Source of the DNA: the human T2T-CHM13v2.0 reference genome, Homo sapiens | Length of the DNA: 64,000 bases | Direction: 5' to 3' (one strand) | NCBI RefSeq assembly: GCF_009914755.1 | Contig: NC_060931.1 | In this document: piece by piece, positions 46,686 through 60,835 of the stretch | Layout: each line of letters opens with the position of its first letter | Numbering within the stretch: position 1 is the stretch's first letter | The notes under the pieces: model-generated | Told to the model about the DNA's origin: nothing | The model's database searches: none | Seen by the model: only the letters and a program-made list of their open reading frames with translations | Position numbers and translations under genes: made by a program

Positions 46686-46866
46686 GTAAGACCTTGGGGG
46701 ACCCGGGGGTACTGCAGATGTTGTGGGCGCAGCTTCCTCAATCAGGCCCTCTGGGGTCTGCGGGGTACCTGGAAGGCTTCGGCCTTCCCTTCGGAGAAAG
46801 AGAAGGGATGTGAGCATTTACGAAGCACCCATTGCACCCGACATGGAGCTGGACACACTATCAAAC

Positions 46867-47311
46867 AGCATTGCATTCACACCTTCAGCCTCACACCTGC
46901 TCTCTCAGACACGTGAGCACTGCGTTCACACCTTCAGCCTCACACCTGCTCTCTCCGACACGTGAGCATTGCATTCACACCTTCTGCCTCACACCTGCTC
47001 TCTCAGACATGTGAGCATCTCATGACACACTTTCAGCCTCACACCTGCTCTCTCAGACATGTGAGCATTGCATGACACACTTTCAGCCTCACAGCTGCTC
47101 TCTCAGACATGTGAGCATTGCATTCACACCTTCTGCCTCACACCTGCTCTCTCAGACATGTGAGCATTTCGTGACACACTTTCAGCCTCACACCTGCTCT
47201 CAGACATGTGAGCATTGCATAACACACTTTCAGCCTCACACCTGCTCTCTCAGACACCTGAGCATTGCATTCACACCTTCAGCCTCACACCTGCTCTCTT
47301 AGATATGTGAG
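46867..47311. repeat. 47-49-bp minisatellite, ~9 copies (GAGCATTGCATTCACACCTTCAGCCTCACACCTGCTCTCTCAGACAYGT)
   Basis: Read directly. Confidence 0.95.
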
Positions 47312-47949
47312 ACGGTCTCAGGTTTAAGGAAAGCAACATTGCTCGCAGAGGCTGAGTACCTGGGGCAAGGCTGCAGAGTCACCACATTTGAGGTTGAGCT
47401 CCCCGAAAGCAGCCCCCAGTCTCTGATGTTAAACCCACGTCCTCCGTAGAGCAGGTGCTCAGTAAGTAAGTTTTCCAAATAACTGCCTTCCCAATGAGAA
47501 CTGCCGGGCGAGCAGGGCTCTGCTCCACGCACGGAGACAGGTGCTCCATGCACTGCACTTGGCCTATCCTTCCTGCAGCCCACGGAGCAGCATGGCATTA
47601 GCTCTGATTTTTACCAAAGATGAGACAGAGGAAACTGAGAGAGTTTTATTAATTTGCCCAGACACACAACTGCAGAGCTGAGATTTGGACTCCCCTCTGA
47701 CACCACGAGGCCAACTCTTCCCATGAAAGTCTATAGTGGGCGCCCTTCTCAGTGGGCTCCGCGCATGTCCTCGGGCCTTGCAGCGCCCAGGGTTGGTGCC
47801 ACAGGACCCTCACCTCAGCAGCCCCAGCTCCCACTCCAGGTCCTGATGTCATGGCCAGACCCAGGGACCCTGTGGGAATGAGGACGGGAGGGAGCTTGCA
47901 GGCACCACTGCAGGGATACTTGGAGCACACAGTTCTGGCCACGCTCCTA

Positions 47950-48352
<403 letters not shown>

Positions 48353-49544
48353 TGAAAGCACATCCCCTCTGTGACCATTACCACTATCATTATTATTGTT
48401 ATTAGCTGGAGGGACGGAAGCCCTCAGTCGCCACAGACACCCGAGGTGCTTCTGCAATGTAAAGCACATGGAAGGGATGCCCTGTGAAAGGAGCGCCCCT
48501 ATCCCCCTGCTGCCACCCTGGGTATCAGCACTCAGGGCTGTCGGCTTCTCAGGAAGATGGTAATGGCTCCCAAGCAAACGTTTTGACTTCTTTCTCTAAT
48601 GTATTTGTGTGGTTTTATGGTTCATTTATCTTAAACATTGACTGTGCCCCTCCCGCGAGCCAGGCACGTGTGCAGGTGCATCACAGACACGGTCTCACAG
48701 CAGGTCCTCTTATTTCCCCGTGTCCTGCCCCACAGCCCCGCCCCACAGTCCCGCCCCACACTATGCCACCTGATTATCCGGACCAGAGATTTCGGAGATT
48801 TTCCATTGGGGCCCCCATCCTCCATCCTCGTGGCTCAGGGAGAGGGAATCCAAGAGACTTGCTAGTTACCACTAAGTCCAAGAGAGCCTTTGAAACGGGA
48901 TACGCTGGGCCACCTCCCCTCCGGAGACCAGGTGAAATCACAACGGCCAGAACGTGTGCTTACGGAGGCAAGTGCTGATGAAGTGAGACGGGAGCCCTCC
49001 TCCCACACCCGCCACTGGGGGCCGACAATCAATTGCAGCTTTACACACGCCACGCATTCTAATCAGAATCAATAATCTTCATGATAAACAATTAAACAAT
49101 TATTCCTCCCGCCGCGGAACTTCTCTGCTGAAATCGATGGGGTGCAGAGGCACAGCGGCGGCAGATGATGGGCACTCCAGGCCGGGCCTGGCCCCAGGCA
49201 CCCCGCGTCCCGCATCCAAGCTACTGCACACACCAGAGGCAGTGACAGCCCAGAGGTGCCCTCACCTACAGCAGCACTGAGTAGATGCCGTAGATGCTTT
49301 AGGCCCTGGGTGACTGCAAGAAGGAGGAAATTCAGCGTTAAAGGTGGACTGAGCACAACATCAGAAAAAGAGAGACCAAAGGGACCACAGGGCTTGGAAC
49401 AGCCCCCAAGACCCTGCGACCCCAGCTGTCATCACAGACACAGTGCCTGGTGGTCTGGCAGCCCAGGGACTCCTGTGTGGCTTTGTTCCTGTCTGTTGGT
49501 CTCTATGAGTAGTGCATCCGAAGTCAGCCTTAAGATAGCTGCTC

Positions 49545-49865
<321 letters not shown>

Positions 49866-50030
49866 TCATCTCCCTGACCCAAGGAAGGGACTGGCTTCAG
49901 ACTGTCCAAGGCATGCAGGCAGCTCTCATGGGCAAGCAGTCAGCCCTGTACAGCAGCGTAGCCTCCTGGGGATGTTCCTTGGGAAGGGCAGCCTCTCACA
50001 TGTCCCTGGTCTGTCCTCATTTGGTTGCAG

Positions 50031-50232
50031 AGCGGCCGGCACCCCCCAGAGAGCTCCTGGTGCCCCAGGCAGAAGTGACCGCACGCAGCCTCCGGCTCCA
50101 GTGGGTCCCGGGCAGCGACGGGGCCTCCCCCATCCGGTACTTCACCATGCAGGTGCGAGAGCTGCCTCGGGGTGAGTGGCAGACCTACTCCTCGTCCATC
50201 AGCCATGAGGCCACAGCATGCGTCGTTGACAG
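50031..50232 (+). CDS. SDK1: SDK1 coding exon (202 nt, phase 1-2): ERPAPPRELLVPQAEVTARSLRLQWVPGSDGASPIRYFTMQVRELPRGEWQTYSSSISHEATACVVDR
   Basis: Acceptor ttggttgcag|AG; donor CAG|gtactg; WxPGxDGxSPI FnIII motif. Confidence 0.95.
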
Positions 50233-53200
50233 GTACTGAGAGAGCAGGAGCACCTCCCCAGGGAACGGGGCCCTGGCCGCCTCCAGCCAGCTCCTGTCCA
50301 GATAGTGGGGAGGCTGTGTGGGCCAAGCAGGTGCACCCCTGAGAGCACAGGCCCCCTTTCTTTTTGACACTCCCCATGCTGGGAATCCCAGAACTCCTGG
50401 GTCCTGGAGCTACTTCCAAGGGCCCACCCCCAGCCGCTTCCCGGAGTCTGCTCTTCCAGGTGTGCAGGGCTGGTTTGGTCACCCCAGGACCCAGGGATTG
50501 GCGAGGCAGGGGTGATGGGGGGCAGGCTGGACATGTGGGCTGGAGTCCTAGCCCCTCCCAAGGCTGGCAATGGGGAGGGGACCATGTGGAGGAGGGCTGG
50601 GCTGGCCTCGGGTGTCCAGGGCTGGAGGGACGTTGCGTCCCCTTGCGTTCTCGAAAGCAGCAGGGAGATGGATGGCACCACGAGTACTGTGCTTCCTTAG
50701 TGATGGCTGGGGAAGATGGGAGGGCATGCCTAGGACACGACTAGAATCCGTCCACTCACTCAGTTGTTTACTGGACCTCTGGGCTCAGCATGGGAGAGGG
50801 TTGCATTGACAATAGCAGCGGCGTTCTGTGGGTCCCCCAGGGTCCTCACAACTGCGGTTTACAGACCCACCCACTCTTTACAGACAAGGAAACTGCCACA
50901 GTCACACAGATGGGCATCCCAGGGCTTAGAAGCCACCCCAGGAGTCCACACCCTCACCACATGCCCTGACCAGGCCCTCCTGGGGCCTGTCTGGTTCGCA
51001 GGCCCTGCCTGGGCAGGGCCACCCGGGACACCCGCCTTGTGCTTCTCATCGGCCCAGAGTTTGGTCACTTGTTACTGAGCTCACACTCCAGGCTGTGGAG
51101 CGGGGGTCTTGGAGTGAGTCCCTCCATGTCGCAGGGCTCTGGAGCCTGCACCAATGACTAAGAGGGTAGAGGGGCCAAGACGGTTGTCTCCAGGCTGGCC
51201 GAGCTTCCTCTGTCTCTCAGATGGTCACATAGGTCAGCTCTGCGTCCCTGCAGTCACCCAGTAAGGGGAGACCATGATCCCACTCTACAGAGGAAGGCCA
51301 AGGTCAGAAAAGTCGGTCATTTGCTCATATCCCCCACCCAGCCTCCGTGGCGCCCAGCCATCCTCGTCTTCGAGGCTGCCCGTCTCAGCCCTTCCTGACT
51401 GAACCTGAATGTAGGGAGGGAGGCAGGTCCCAGGTGAAGCCCCTGGCAGCTCCTCAGAACACCACCCTGGCCCCACTCTGCCCTGGGGGCAAAGTTCAGG
51501 CTTTGGAGTGAGGGCTGATTGGAGTGTGGGTGTAACTGGTCCTAGATGTGACAACAGGGGGTTTCAAAGAGAAGAGAAACCTCCAAAACCCCCATCCCTG
51601 GCTTGAGGACCAGGCCCATGACAGAGGCGAAGCACTTGCCCGGGGAGGGGTGGCCGACCGGGCGTCTCAGTACAGAGCTGTGAAGCTGGAACTGTGCAGG
51701 CTCAGCCTGGCTTCTGCCACTTGCCGTTGAGTGATCTGGGGCAAGTGACGGGCTCTCAGGTGTCTCCAGCTCCCTGGCCTTTGAGTTGCGAGGCTTGGAG
51801 GTGATAAGGCCCTTTGGACGGTCATGGCCATGGATGCCAGTATCGCCTTTGCCACCCCACACAGTGTCCCCAGGAGGCACAGCTGGGTGTCAAATGCAAA
51901 TCCTGACCAGAGTCCCTGAGCAGTCCAAGGAGGGTCACACGGACCATCGGGAACCCATGCTGCGGCTCCCAGGCCCCCATTGGAGACCACAGACCAGCAA
52001 GGAAGCCAGCGCCCCAGTGCACAGCTCCAGCTCTCTGTGGCCCCAGAGGACCCACCCTGGCACAGTCACCCTCTGCAGTCTCATGGTCCAAGCAGCCCTC
52101 TGCTCTTCTGAAAATCGAGGTGGAATGGTCCCTGCGCACAGGGCTTGTTTCCAGCAAGGCCAGAGCCATTGCCTGGCTTCCCCTCTTACAGGGCACAACA
52201 TCTGGTGAGGTCCGTATGCTGGCGGGTTGGAATTTAGAAAAGCTGTTCCGTCCCCACAACTGTGGTTATGCCCCTCATGTTAGGAAAACGAGGCTGCAGC
52301 AGCTCCGGCTTGATGTCCCCTCTGAGGTGTTTTCCCTGGTGATCTAGTCACTCAGCTTCCAGACAGTTAAAGCTCTGACAGGACTTCACCACCACCACCG
52401 CCATCCTCGTCGCCATCATTATTTCCGGAATCCCCTCATCCTGTCTAGCACCTGTCATTTTCAACACCACTTCCATGTGTCATTTCATACGATCTTTGTA
52501 ACAACCATGTGGACATGCAGCCCAGACTTCTCACTATTCCCAGTTTACACACGCAGACATTGAGGCAGAGATATCTTAAGTAACGCATATGCAGGTGCCT
52601 TGACGTCTCTAAATGGAAGGGATATTTCCTGAGGTTTTTGTAGTTGTCACATTCCGTGAGCCAGAGGTCAAGGCTCCATAGACACAGTCCACGTCCTACA
52701 GTTAATTTACAAGGGTCTGCGACGTATGAAAACCCAGTGTGTGTGCATCTGAACACCAAACTTTCCACAGTCAGTCTCCCCTTAGTAGCTGCGTGGCCTT
52801 GGAAAAGTCCAACCCTTGGCTGCCTGCTAGGACTCTGTCCTCTCATCTGTGAAAGGCAGGGCTGGAGCGGGGATCCTGCTGTTCCCTCCAGCTCTGTGAG
52901 TCCAAGGTTTGCCTCATTGCTGACCGCCACGGAACTGGCAGCCAAGACATAAGGCAATCGGAAGAGTCAGACTGTCCGCCAGGTTCCTGCCAGCATCTCA
53001 CTTGCCCGTTGAGCTACAGCAACAGAACTCGAGGGGCACAGCTCTCTCCCCTCCAGAGGAAGGCACTCCTAGTGGCAGATACCATCCTCCCAGAGCCCTG
53101 GAATTCTCCTGGCACAGCCCCGAGGGTCAGGGGAGTATGGCCAGGTGCGCCCAGCCTGACTTAATAAAGTACACAGGATGCTTAGCTTAATTGGCAGTGT

Positions 53201-54068
53201 GCTCACATATATAAATAACCTCACCCTTTGTGTAACCATCTAAAAGAAGGAAAAAAAATATCCAGCCACTATTCCTGAAGGCTTCTGAAGCCAAACAGAC
53301 TAATCGTGTGTCCGGGACTTCATGCTGGCAAGGAGAGGTCCATGTTTCAGGACAGACAGTTTAATTTGGTATAGGAGAGACCAATGTCAATTTCCTAATG
53401 GGCCAGAACTAGGACAAATGCTTCCTCTGCCTATCAATAGAGAACATGTCACAGGAGAATCCCAGGAAAGTGATATTTTGTACACTGCCACAGTATAATC
53501 TCCCTTCCTGTTTAATAATCCTGACAGCTACATTTTACTTTCACCAGTTGTGTGACATCTGTGAGTATCCAGAAAACATTAAGAGTTTAAATGTCTCAAT
53601 TTGGTGACTGTGACTACGTCCAGGGAATATGGGTCGAGACCCCCAGGGAGAGGGGTTGGGTCTGAGACGTGTTCAGGTGTTGCCAGTGTCTGGTTGGTGG
53701 TTGAAGTTGTGAGACGGGGTAGCCACCCACAGAAATGCAGTAGAGAGGAAGAAGAGAAGGGCTCTGAGCCCAGTGTGACTTGGAGGTTCTGGATGTCACT
53801 TTAGGACAGAGCAGTGGCTGTGCGGGCTCAGGGGGTGGCTGTGCATCTGGCTGTGATGGGCTCAGCTCCTCCTCTGAGCTCTGTCGTGGGATAGGTGCGG
53901 GGGTTCCAAACAGAAGACAGAAAGGCGCAGAGGGAATGAGCATGGAAAACAGCAGGGATTCAACGAATGTCAGCACCACGGCCCTAGCTCCTTTTGACTG
54001 ATTTCTTTTTTTTTTTTTTCTTTTTCCGTATAATGTAATTTTTTAAAAATATCATTATTTAAGGATCA

Positions 54069-54369
<301 letters not shown>

Positions 54370-54439
54370 TCAGATGAACTTGGCCAAGGATATGATACAT
54401 GAGCTTGATATTCTTTGTGATACAATAGTGAGGTCTAAG

Positions 54440-54748
54440 TGTTTGTGTTTGTTTGGTTGGTTGTTTTATTTGTTTTTGTCTGTCACCTGGGCTGGAGTGC
54501 AGTAGCTCCGTCATCGTTCACTGCAGCCTCCAACTCCTGGGCTCAAGATACCATCCTGTCTCAGCCTCCCGGGTAGCTAAGACTACAGGCATATGCTATC
54601 GTGCCTGGCTAATGTTTAATTTTTTTTTTTTAGAAATGGGGTCTCACTATGTTGCCCAAGCTGGTCTCAAACTCCTGGCCTCAAGTGATCCTCTCACCTC
54701 AGCCTCCCACAGTACTGGGATTACAGGCATGAGCTAACATGCCCGGCC
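54440..54748 (-). mobile_element. AluJ-like element
   Basis: Alu consensus; approximate TSD aatagtga. Confidence 0.88.
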
Positions 54749-57700
54749 AATAGTGAATTCTTAAGAAACATTTTTAGTGCCTTCCAGATAAGTAAATAAA
54801 GACAGCAGTGAATCGCTTTAAAAAGATGCTCAGCACTCATCCATTTTATAATAGAACCAAAATGAAGGAATGGAGCTCCTCCTATTTAAAAGACTCTGCA
54901 TTTAGCTCTGAGGCAGGAACGTGGAACTTAAGCTATGTCCTTCCCCGACGCCCATTCCAGAACACTTTGGCTGTGGAGGTCAAGTTTGTGTATGTGATTA
55001 GCCGTCCGAGGCAGTACGAGTACAAACTGGCTTTCTAAATATATCGGTTATTGATTTGGGGTAAGCAAGAGTTCTGATAGCAAGTTCAGAGAGTGAGGGT
55101 CCTGTATTACCCAAATTATTTATTTCCTGAGTTTGGGATGATTAGAAGAAAGAGATTAGATGGCAGATGTTATCTCAAAAATATCCCTAAATCTATCCAG
55201 CTTCTGAGTTTGTATGTGGAGATTTGGGAGGTGAGGCATGGGGAATGAGCAAAGGCCCGGGGAGTCACCAGGCAGCATCAGTGGCTTCCTGGGGACAAGT
55301 GAGGGCTCCGGGGTGGGGGAGCCAGAGAAAGCTTTCGGGAAGACAAGAAAGAGCACATCACATTTATTCATTGCCTGCTGTGTGCCACGATCCACCCGAC
55401 TCCATGAGGATGCGTGATGGGATGTCATTTTCACGACAGCCCTGGAAGCCCCGGTGCTGCTATCTCCATGTCCATAGCCGAATACAGCAAGGCTCTGAGA
55501 CACTGACTTGCTCCAGTGAGTAGTGGCAGAGCCAGCATTGGAATTCTGCTTAGCCCACTCCAAAGCAGAGGTTTGGGCTGGCTTGGAAGTGTGAACAGAG
55601 TGCAGAATTGGGAGGAGTTAGAAGGGTTACAGGAGGGTGTTCTTGCATCCTGTGTGCATTTGTCCCTTTATCATGGAGTCACCAAAATCCATGCTCTGCC
55701 ACAGGAGGGAGCATGGCAGGAGCAACGGGGGTGGGGGGCTTGAGGATCAAACATTTGGTCTAGGAGGTAGACCAGTCATCCACAGGAGCAGCGCTGCAGG
55801 GAGGTGAGGCAGGTTGGGGTGAGTGCACAGAGGATGCTACCGTCTCTAGTACTGCAGAGCCAGGAGAGGGGTTGATAGCACTGCCCTCTGCCTGCCTCAT
55901 TTGGGCAGTGGGGCTGCTGCTCCCATCGGCTGCCTGCTGGAGCTGCTTTCTGCCTGGTTTTGGGGGCACTGGCGTGGCTTCCACCGAGAGGGTTAACTCC
56001 CCCAGATCCGCATTTTGTGTTCCCTGCAGCTCACAGAGACACTTAATCAATCCTTGTTGAATGAAGTGAGTCCGGCAAAACACAGGCCTCACGCTAAGAA
56101 CCCTGCTCTCTGTCCTCCTTTGCACCCAAACCCATTTGTCTGGGAGCCAGGCTGATTTGTCCAGCCACCTGACACGCACTTATGGCACACCACGTGTGCC
56201 CGGCTCAGTGCCAGACCCAGGCAGGACAGTGGAGAAAGAGGGGTTTCAAGGAGCTTGCAGTGTGGCTCCAAACCCCCAAATCATAGCAAAGTGTGAAGTA
56301 CTAAACAGTGGAGTGCTGAGTATAATTACAGTTCAATGCCAGAGGCCAGTGAGAAAACAAATACATCAATAAGTAAGCATAATCGCAAATAAATAAATAA
56401 GTAAACAAATCATTTCTGCAACACCTACTGTGTGCCAGATACAACACTGGTATTTACGTGTCCTCATAGGCAACCCCCGACCCCAGCCTGAGAAACTTCG
56501 CAGATGGGGAATAGCATCCTTATTCAGTCCTTCCACCCATAGATCTGAGCACCTCCTGGGTGTTCTTGGCTCTTGGGATACAGCAGGAAAGGAGGCCGAC
56601 TCGGTCCCTGTCCTTGTGGATGTTGAGTCTTGTAAAGACAGATAGTCGTCAAGGAAATGTCACCCATCATGATGCAGAAGATGAAGGGAAGGAACAGGGC
56701 ACGGGGGACAGCAGGCAGGGCCATCTGAGCAGATACTTGCAGATCCATAGGAACAGCTGATCCTTAGTGAGCTTGCCCCACACCACACACCTGACTCTGC
56801 TGAGTGTCTCACCTGAGTTTAAGCCTCACCTCAGTTTCACGATGCCTGTGCTATTAGCCCAGGTAAGGAAACTGAGGCAAAGTATGCTGTCCAAGGTTAA
56901 CTGGGAGGTAGAAGCCAGGCAGTTTGACTTTGGGGTCCACATTCCTGATGCCCACTCTGCTGCCTCCTGGTACAGGAGCCAGTGGGGCTATGGTGGGTGG
57001 CGCAGGGGGAGGAGGCAGGGAGGTCGTGGGAGAAGACACATGGTTATCACCCAGATGAGGCAAAGTAACTCCTAGGATGCCAGGAACAGAGGGGAAATTG
57101 TTTGTTTTAACTTAGCAAAGGCTGTCTACCAGAACTCTGGAGCAAAGGTCATTTTTATGGTCGGACTTCAGAAGCATCTCCGTTAAAGCTGGGACCAAGG
57201 CCAGCTGTCTCCTGTGGCTGTTTTTCCAGTTGTGGACGCTGAGTGCAGAGGGTCTGAGATGTGCCTGCGGTCAGGGACTGGGAAGTACCAAGACCAGACC
57301 AGGTTCTGGAGGGCTGCAGTGGAAAAGCAGGCCTTGAGGTGTGAGCTGGTAGAGAAACAGTGTCACCTGGTCTTAAGCAGGACGGGGACCTGAAAGCAGG
57401 AATAGAATCTAATCATGGTTTCCAAAAATGGTTATCAGTTTTCTAAAAAGCAGAATCCTTCCTTTAAACCAAGTATGACCCAGGCCGAATGCATAAACCT
57501 GATGGGCATGGAGCTCTTGTTGGCTGATGGGGGCTGTGTGGGCCTCTGGACTTCAGAGGCTTCAGAGTCCTGGGGGTCCACAGGGCTCCATTTGAAAGCC
57601 ACTGGTTTACAGATTCCATTGGGAGTGAGGACAGAAGACTGGTTTTCAGGTGATGAGGGCTTCGGTTTAGAGTGATAGTTGAGACTTTTAGACATGGGTA

Positions 57701-58009
57701 ACAGAGGTTAAGAGTCCTGAGGCACCCCGAGTTTTCTGGTCTGGAAACTGAGGAGGATGGAGCCCTCATCTATGAAGAGCCGCTGCCCGCCAGGGAGGAG
57801 AACAGAGCAGTTTCCTCACTTGCTCATTCGGAAGTCAAATGAAGGGTATCTGAGAGGAACCAGCCAGTGACTGGGTTGCAGGGCGGGTCCCTGACCGGCT
57901 GGGGCTTCACCAAGATCCCAGCATTGTCTGCACGGAAGAGTTTGGCTGAAGTCTTAGTCTCAGGCATGGCATGGGGCTTGGCACAGGAGACCCATTGCAT
58001 GTGGAGTAG

Positions 58010-58335
58010 CTGGACGGACGGACGGAAGGAAGGAAGGAAGAATGAAGGAGGGGAAGGAAGAAAGGGAAGGGAAAAGGAAGGAGGGACGGGAGGTGGAAGG
58101 GAGAGAAGGGAAGAAGGAAGGAAAGTGGGAAGGAAGGAAGAAGGGAGAGAAGGAATGAGGGGAGGGAGGGAGGAATGAAGAAAAGGAGGGAAGGAAGGAG
58201 GGAAGGGAAAAGGAAGGAGGGAAGGGAGGTGGAAGGGAGAGAAGGAAGGAGAGAAGGAAGGAAGGAAGGAAAGGAAGGGAGGAAGAGGGGAGAGAAGGCA
58301 GCAAGGAGCGGGGAGGGAGGGAGGAAGGAAGGTGG
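58010..58335. repeat. GA-rich (GGAA/GGGA)n polypurine tract
   Basis: Read directly. Confidence 0.95.
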
Positions 58336-59239
58336 GTGGGCAGATGGAAGCGGGCCCGAAGTGCTAACAGCAGAAGGCACCTCAGGGAAACATGAGTCCC
58401 GTTAAAATCTCCGTCGACGGGCTGGGGGTATTTTTCACTTGGATGCTTGACAGGGATGTGGTCTTCCGTAAAGTGACATGTGAATATTGCCATTTACTAG
58501 TCTTGTAGCAGTGGGCCTCAGTTTTATCATCCTTGAAATGGGAATAATGATGCCTCCTCTGCCAGAGCTCGTGTGAGTTCAAAGGGGTTGCACTTGCCAA
58601 GCGCCTGGCACCGTGTCAGCCCCAGTGAATGGTAGGGGTGCGGGGCTGGCGGGTCTCTGCCTGCAGCCGGCCAGGAAGTGGACCTTAGAGAATGCTGCAA
58701 GGCTGGGTCTGGCCCAGTAAAGAGCTCCAGGAGGACGGAGCGTGAGAATCAGGCAGGAACTCATTTTATACTTCGGATCAGCACAAGGGCCCGGGGAATT
58801 AGCTCTTCCTGAGGACTTCTCTGGATCCCTTGGAGAGCAGTGATGTGCCGACTAGAGTGCAGGGGTGGCTCCAGTGAGGGGTTGGCACTGCCTCCCCGAG
58901 GAGCCCTGAGCAGAATCTTCCCCCTGGCCAGGACGCCCTGCACTCCCTGCCCTCTGTGCAGCTCCTTTCTCCCTGAGGATTTCAACCGTCCAGGTGTTCA
59001 AAGGCTTCTCCCAGGACAGGTCCAGGGTCTCCTTCAAGCCCCTGCTCATTGCACCTAGGAAGTGATTGGGTCCGACCCAAGAACAGCCTCCTTGCTAAGC
59101 TGTCTCGGGCCCACACAGGAGCCCAGAGCTCTCAGGGCAGGGGAGGGATTTGCCCCTCTTCCCAGGGCTTCACCAGGAATGCCTGAGGGCAGGACAGGGT
59201 GGCAGGGCCCCGGCAGTCACGGTCTCTTCCACATTGCAG

Positions 59240-59343
59240 ACTGAGGCCCTTCACCTCCTACAAGCTGCGCCTGAAAGCCACCAACGACATTGGGGACAGT
59301 GACTTCAGTTCAGAGACAGAGGCGGTGACCACGCTGCAGGATG
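59240..59343 (+). CDS. SDK1: SDK1 coding exon (104 nt, phase 2-1): [34 protein letters not shown]
   Basis: Acceptor ttccacattgcag|A; donor ATG|gtgagc. Confidence 0.96.
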
Positions 59344-60494
59344 GTGAGCAACCCGGGGCCCAGACCGCGTTCCTGGCCGCTGCCCCTGGAGCCCGAGATA
59401 CTTAGGCCACACTTTCGTCTTGAGCCAGAAAGGGGCCACCAGGGAGTGGTGGAAAGCAGTAGAATTCCATTAGTGACAGACAGCTCGGAGGGTTTCCGCA
59501 CAGCCTGTGGTCATAAATCAAGGTTTCAAGGGCTTCCAAATGGAATGGAAGTTTCTTTGATTGGCTTCTAAAGCCCCTACTATCCATTAGCATCCCAGAA
59601 ATTGAATAATTGATAGGGTCATTAAAAATAAATGTCAGCGGGTAGCTGGGTTTTAAGAGATTTTCCCCATTTTTCTCATTCACGAGCCACTCTTTGACAA
59701 CAGCGCAGGTAAGTGATGGGAAGCGAGGTCTCCTCAGAGCTCCAGGTGGCGTTTTCAGCCGCTCCGTCCTACCTCGGCGGCGTCAGGCCTGAAGATGGAT
59801 TGTTATTCTGTGTGGCCCAGGCCTGTGGCGAGCCCAGGAGGCAGCTCTATCAGCCGCGTCCAGCGGTGATCACAGGACGGGTGGGATGGAAAAGAGTGGA
59901 TGGTGGGTAATAGCTCAGCTCCCAGGCTGGAAACCCAGTACTTAGTTCACCCAGCAGCGTTTCATCATCATTCCCGCAACCTATCCCCAAAGCACTGTCT
60001 TTTCCATTTAACGCTCCAGTGGAAGAATTTTCCAATAAACCAATTTCCAGCTGGCTCACCCTGTGACCTCACATCTCCACTTCTGCTCTCTCGATGACCT
60101 GGAAGTGTGGTTTCTCCCACATAGGCCTCCCTTGGCCTCAGGGACCAGCAGAGGGTTTGAGCAAACCATTCCCGGCTTCTCAGCAACTCACAGAGGCTGT
60201 TTTGCTGCAAACCCTGCACTCCCAGCAGAGCAGAACCTGCAAGAGCCTCCGACAGGCCCCAGCTGTGCTCCCAGGAAAAGCACACTTGCCCCTGGAAAAG
60301 CACTGGCTGGCTTCTGTGGCTCCTGCCTCTCATCCAGCTCTTTTCTGAGCACAAATCCTGGGAGTTTATTGGAGCTTTGGGGAAAGCCAGTGAGAAAGAG
60401 AGGAGCCGTCCCGGGTATATGGGGTGGTCCAGGGCCCTAGTGAGCCCTGCTGGGCCCTGAGGAGCCGGGCTGAGCCCCAGGAGCTCACTGTCCA

Positions 60495-60835
60495 AGGGTC
60501 CCACATCGTTAGATTCAACCAACTGTGGATTGAAATGTTCAGAAAAAAAGTTAAAAATACAAATTAAAGATATACAGTGTAACAACTGTGTATTTGTTTG
60601 GAGAGTGTTATGACCTTGTACAATTTCTAGATTACTCATGAGAGCTCCTACAATTATAACATTGTAACATTGTTATGTAACAGTATTACAAATTATAACG
60701 TTGTAGGAGGACTGATGAGTAACCTAGAAATGATTTAAAGTATGCGGGAGGATGTGTGCAGGTTACACCTAGAAATGATTTAAAGTATTCAGGAGGATGT
60801 GTGCAGGTTACATGCAAATACTGCACCACTTTATT
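60495..60835 (+). mobile_element. Tigger/MER2-family DNA transposon relic with 45-bp tandem duplication
   Basis: gattcaaccaactgtggattgaaa...gatttaaagtat.c.ggaggatgtgtgcaggtta.atgcaaatact; duplicated units at 60722-60766 and 60767-60811. Confidence 0.75.

Noticed and set aside
46867-47311. CRISPR-like regular repeats (also 29276-30197)
   Set aside because: Head-to-tail units with no unique spacers, no cas genes, and a eukaryotic intron context.
57867-58493. Arg/Glu/Gly-rich and Pro/Ser/Phe/Leu-rich ORFs
   Set aside because: Low-complexity GA tract.
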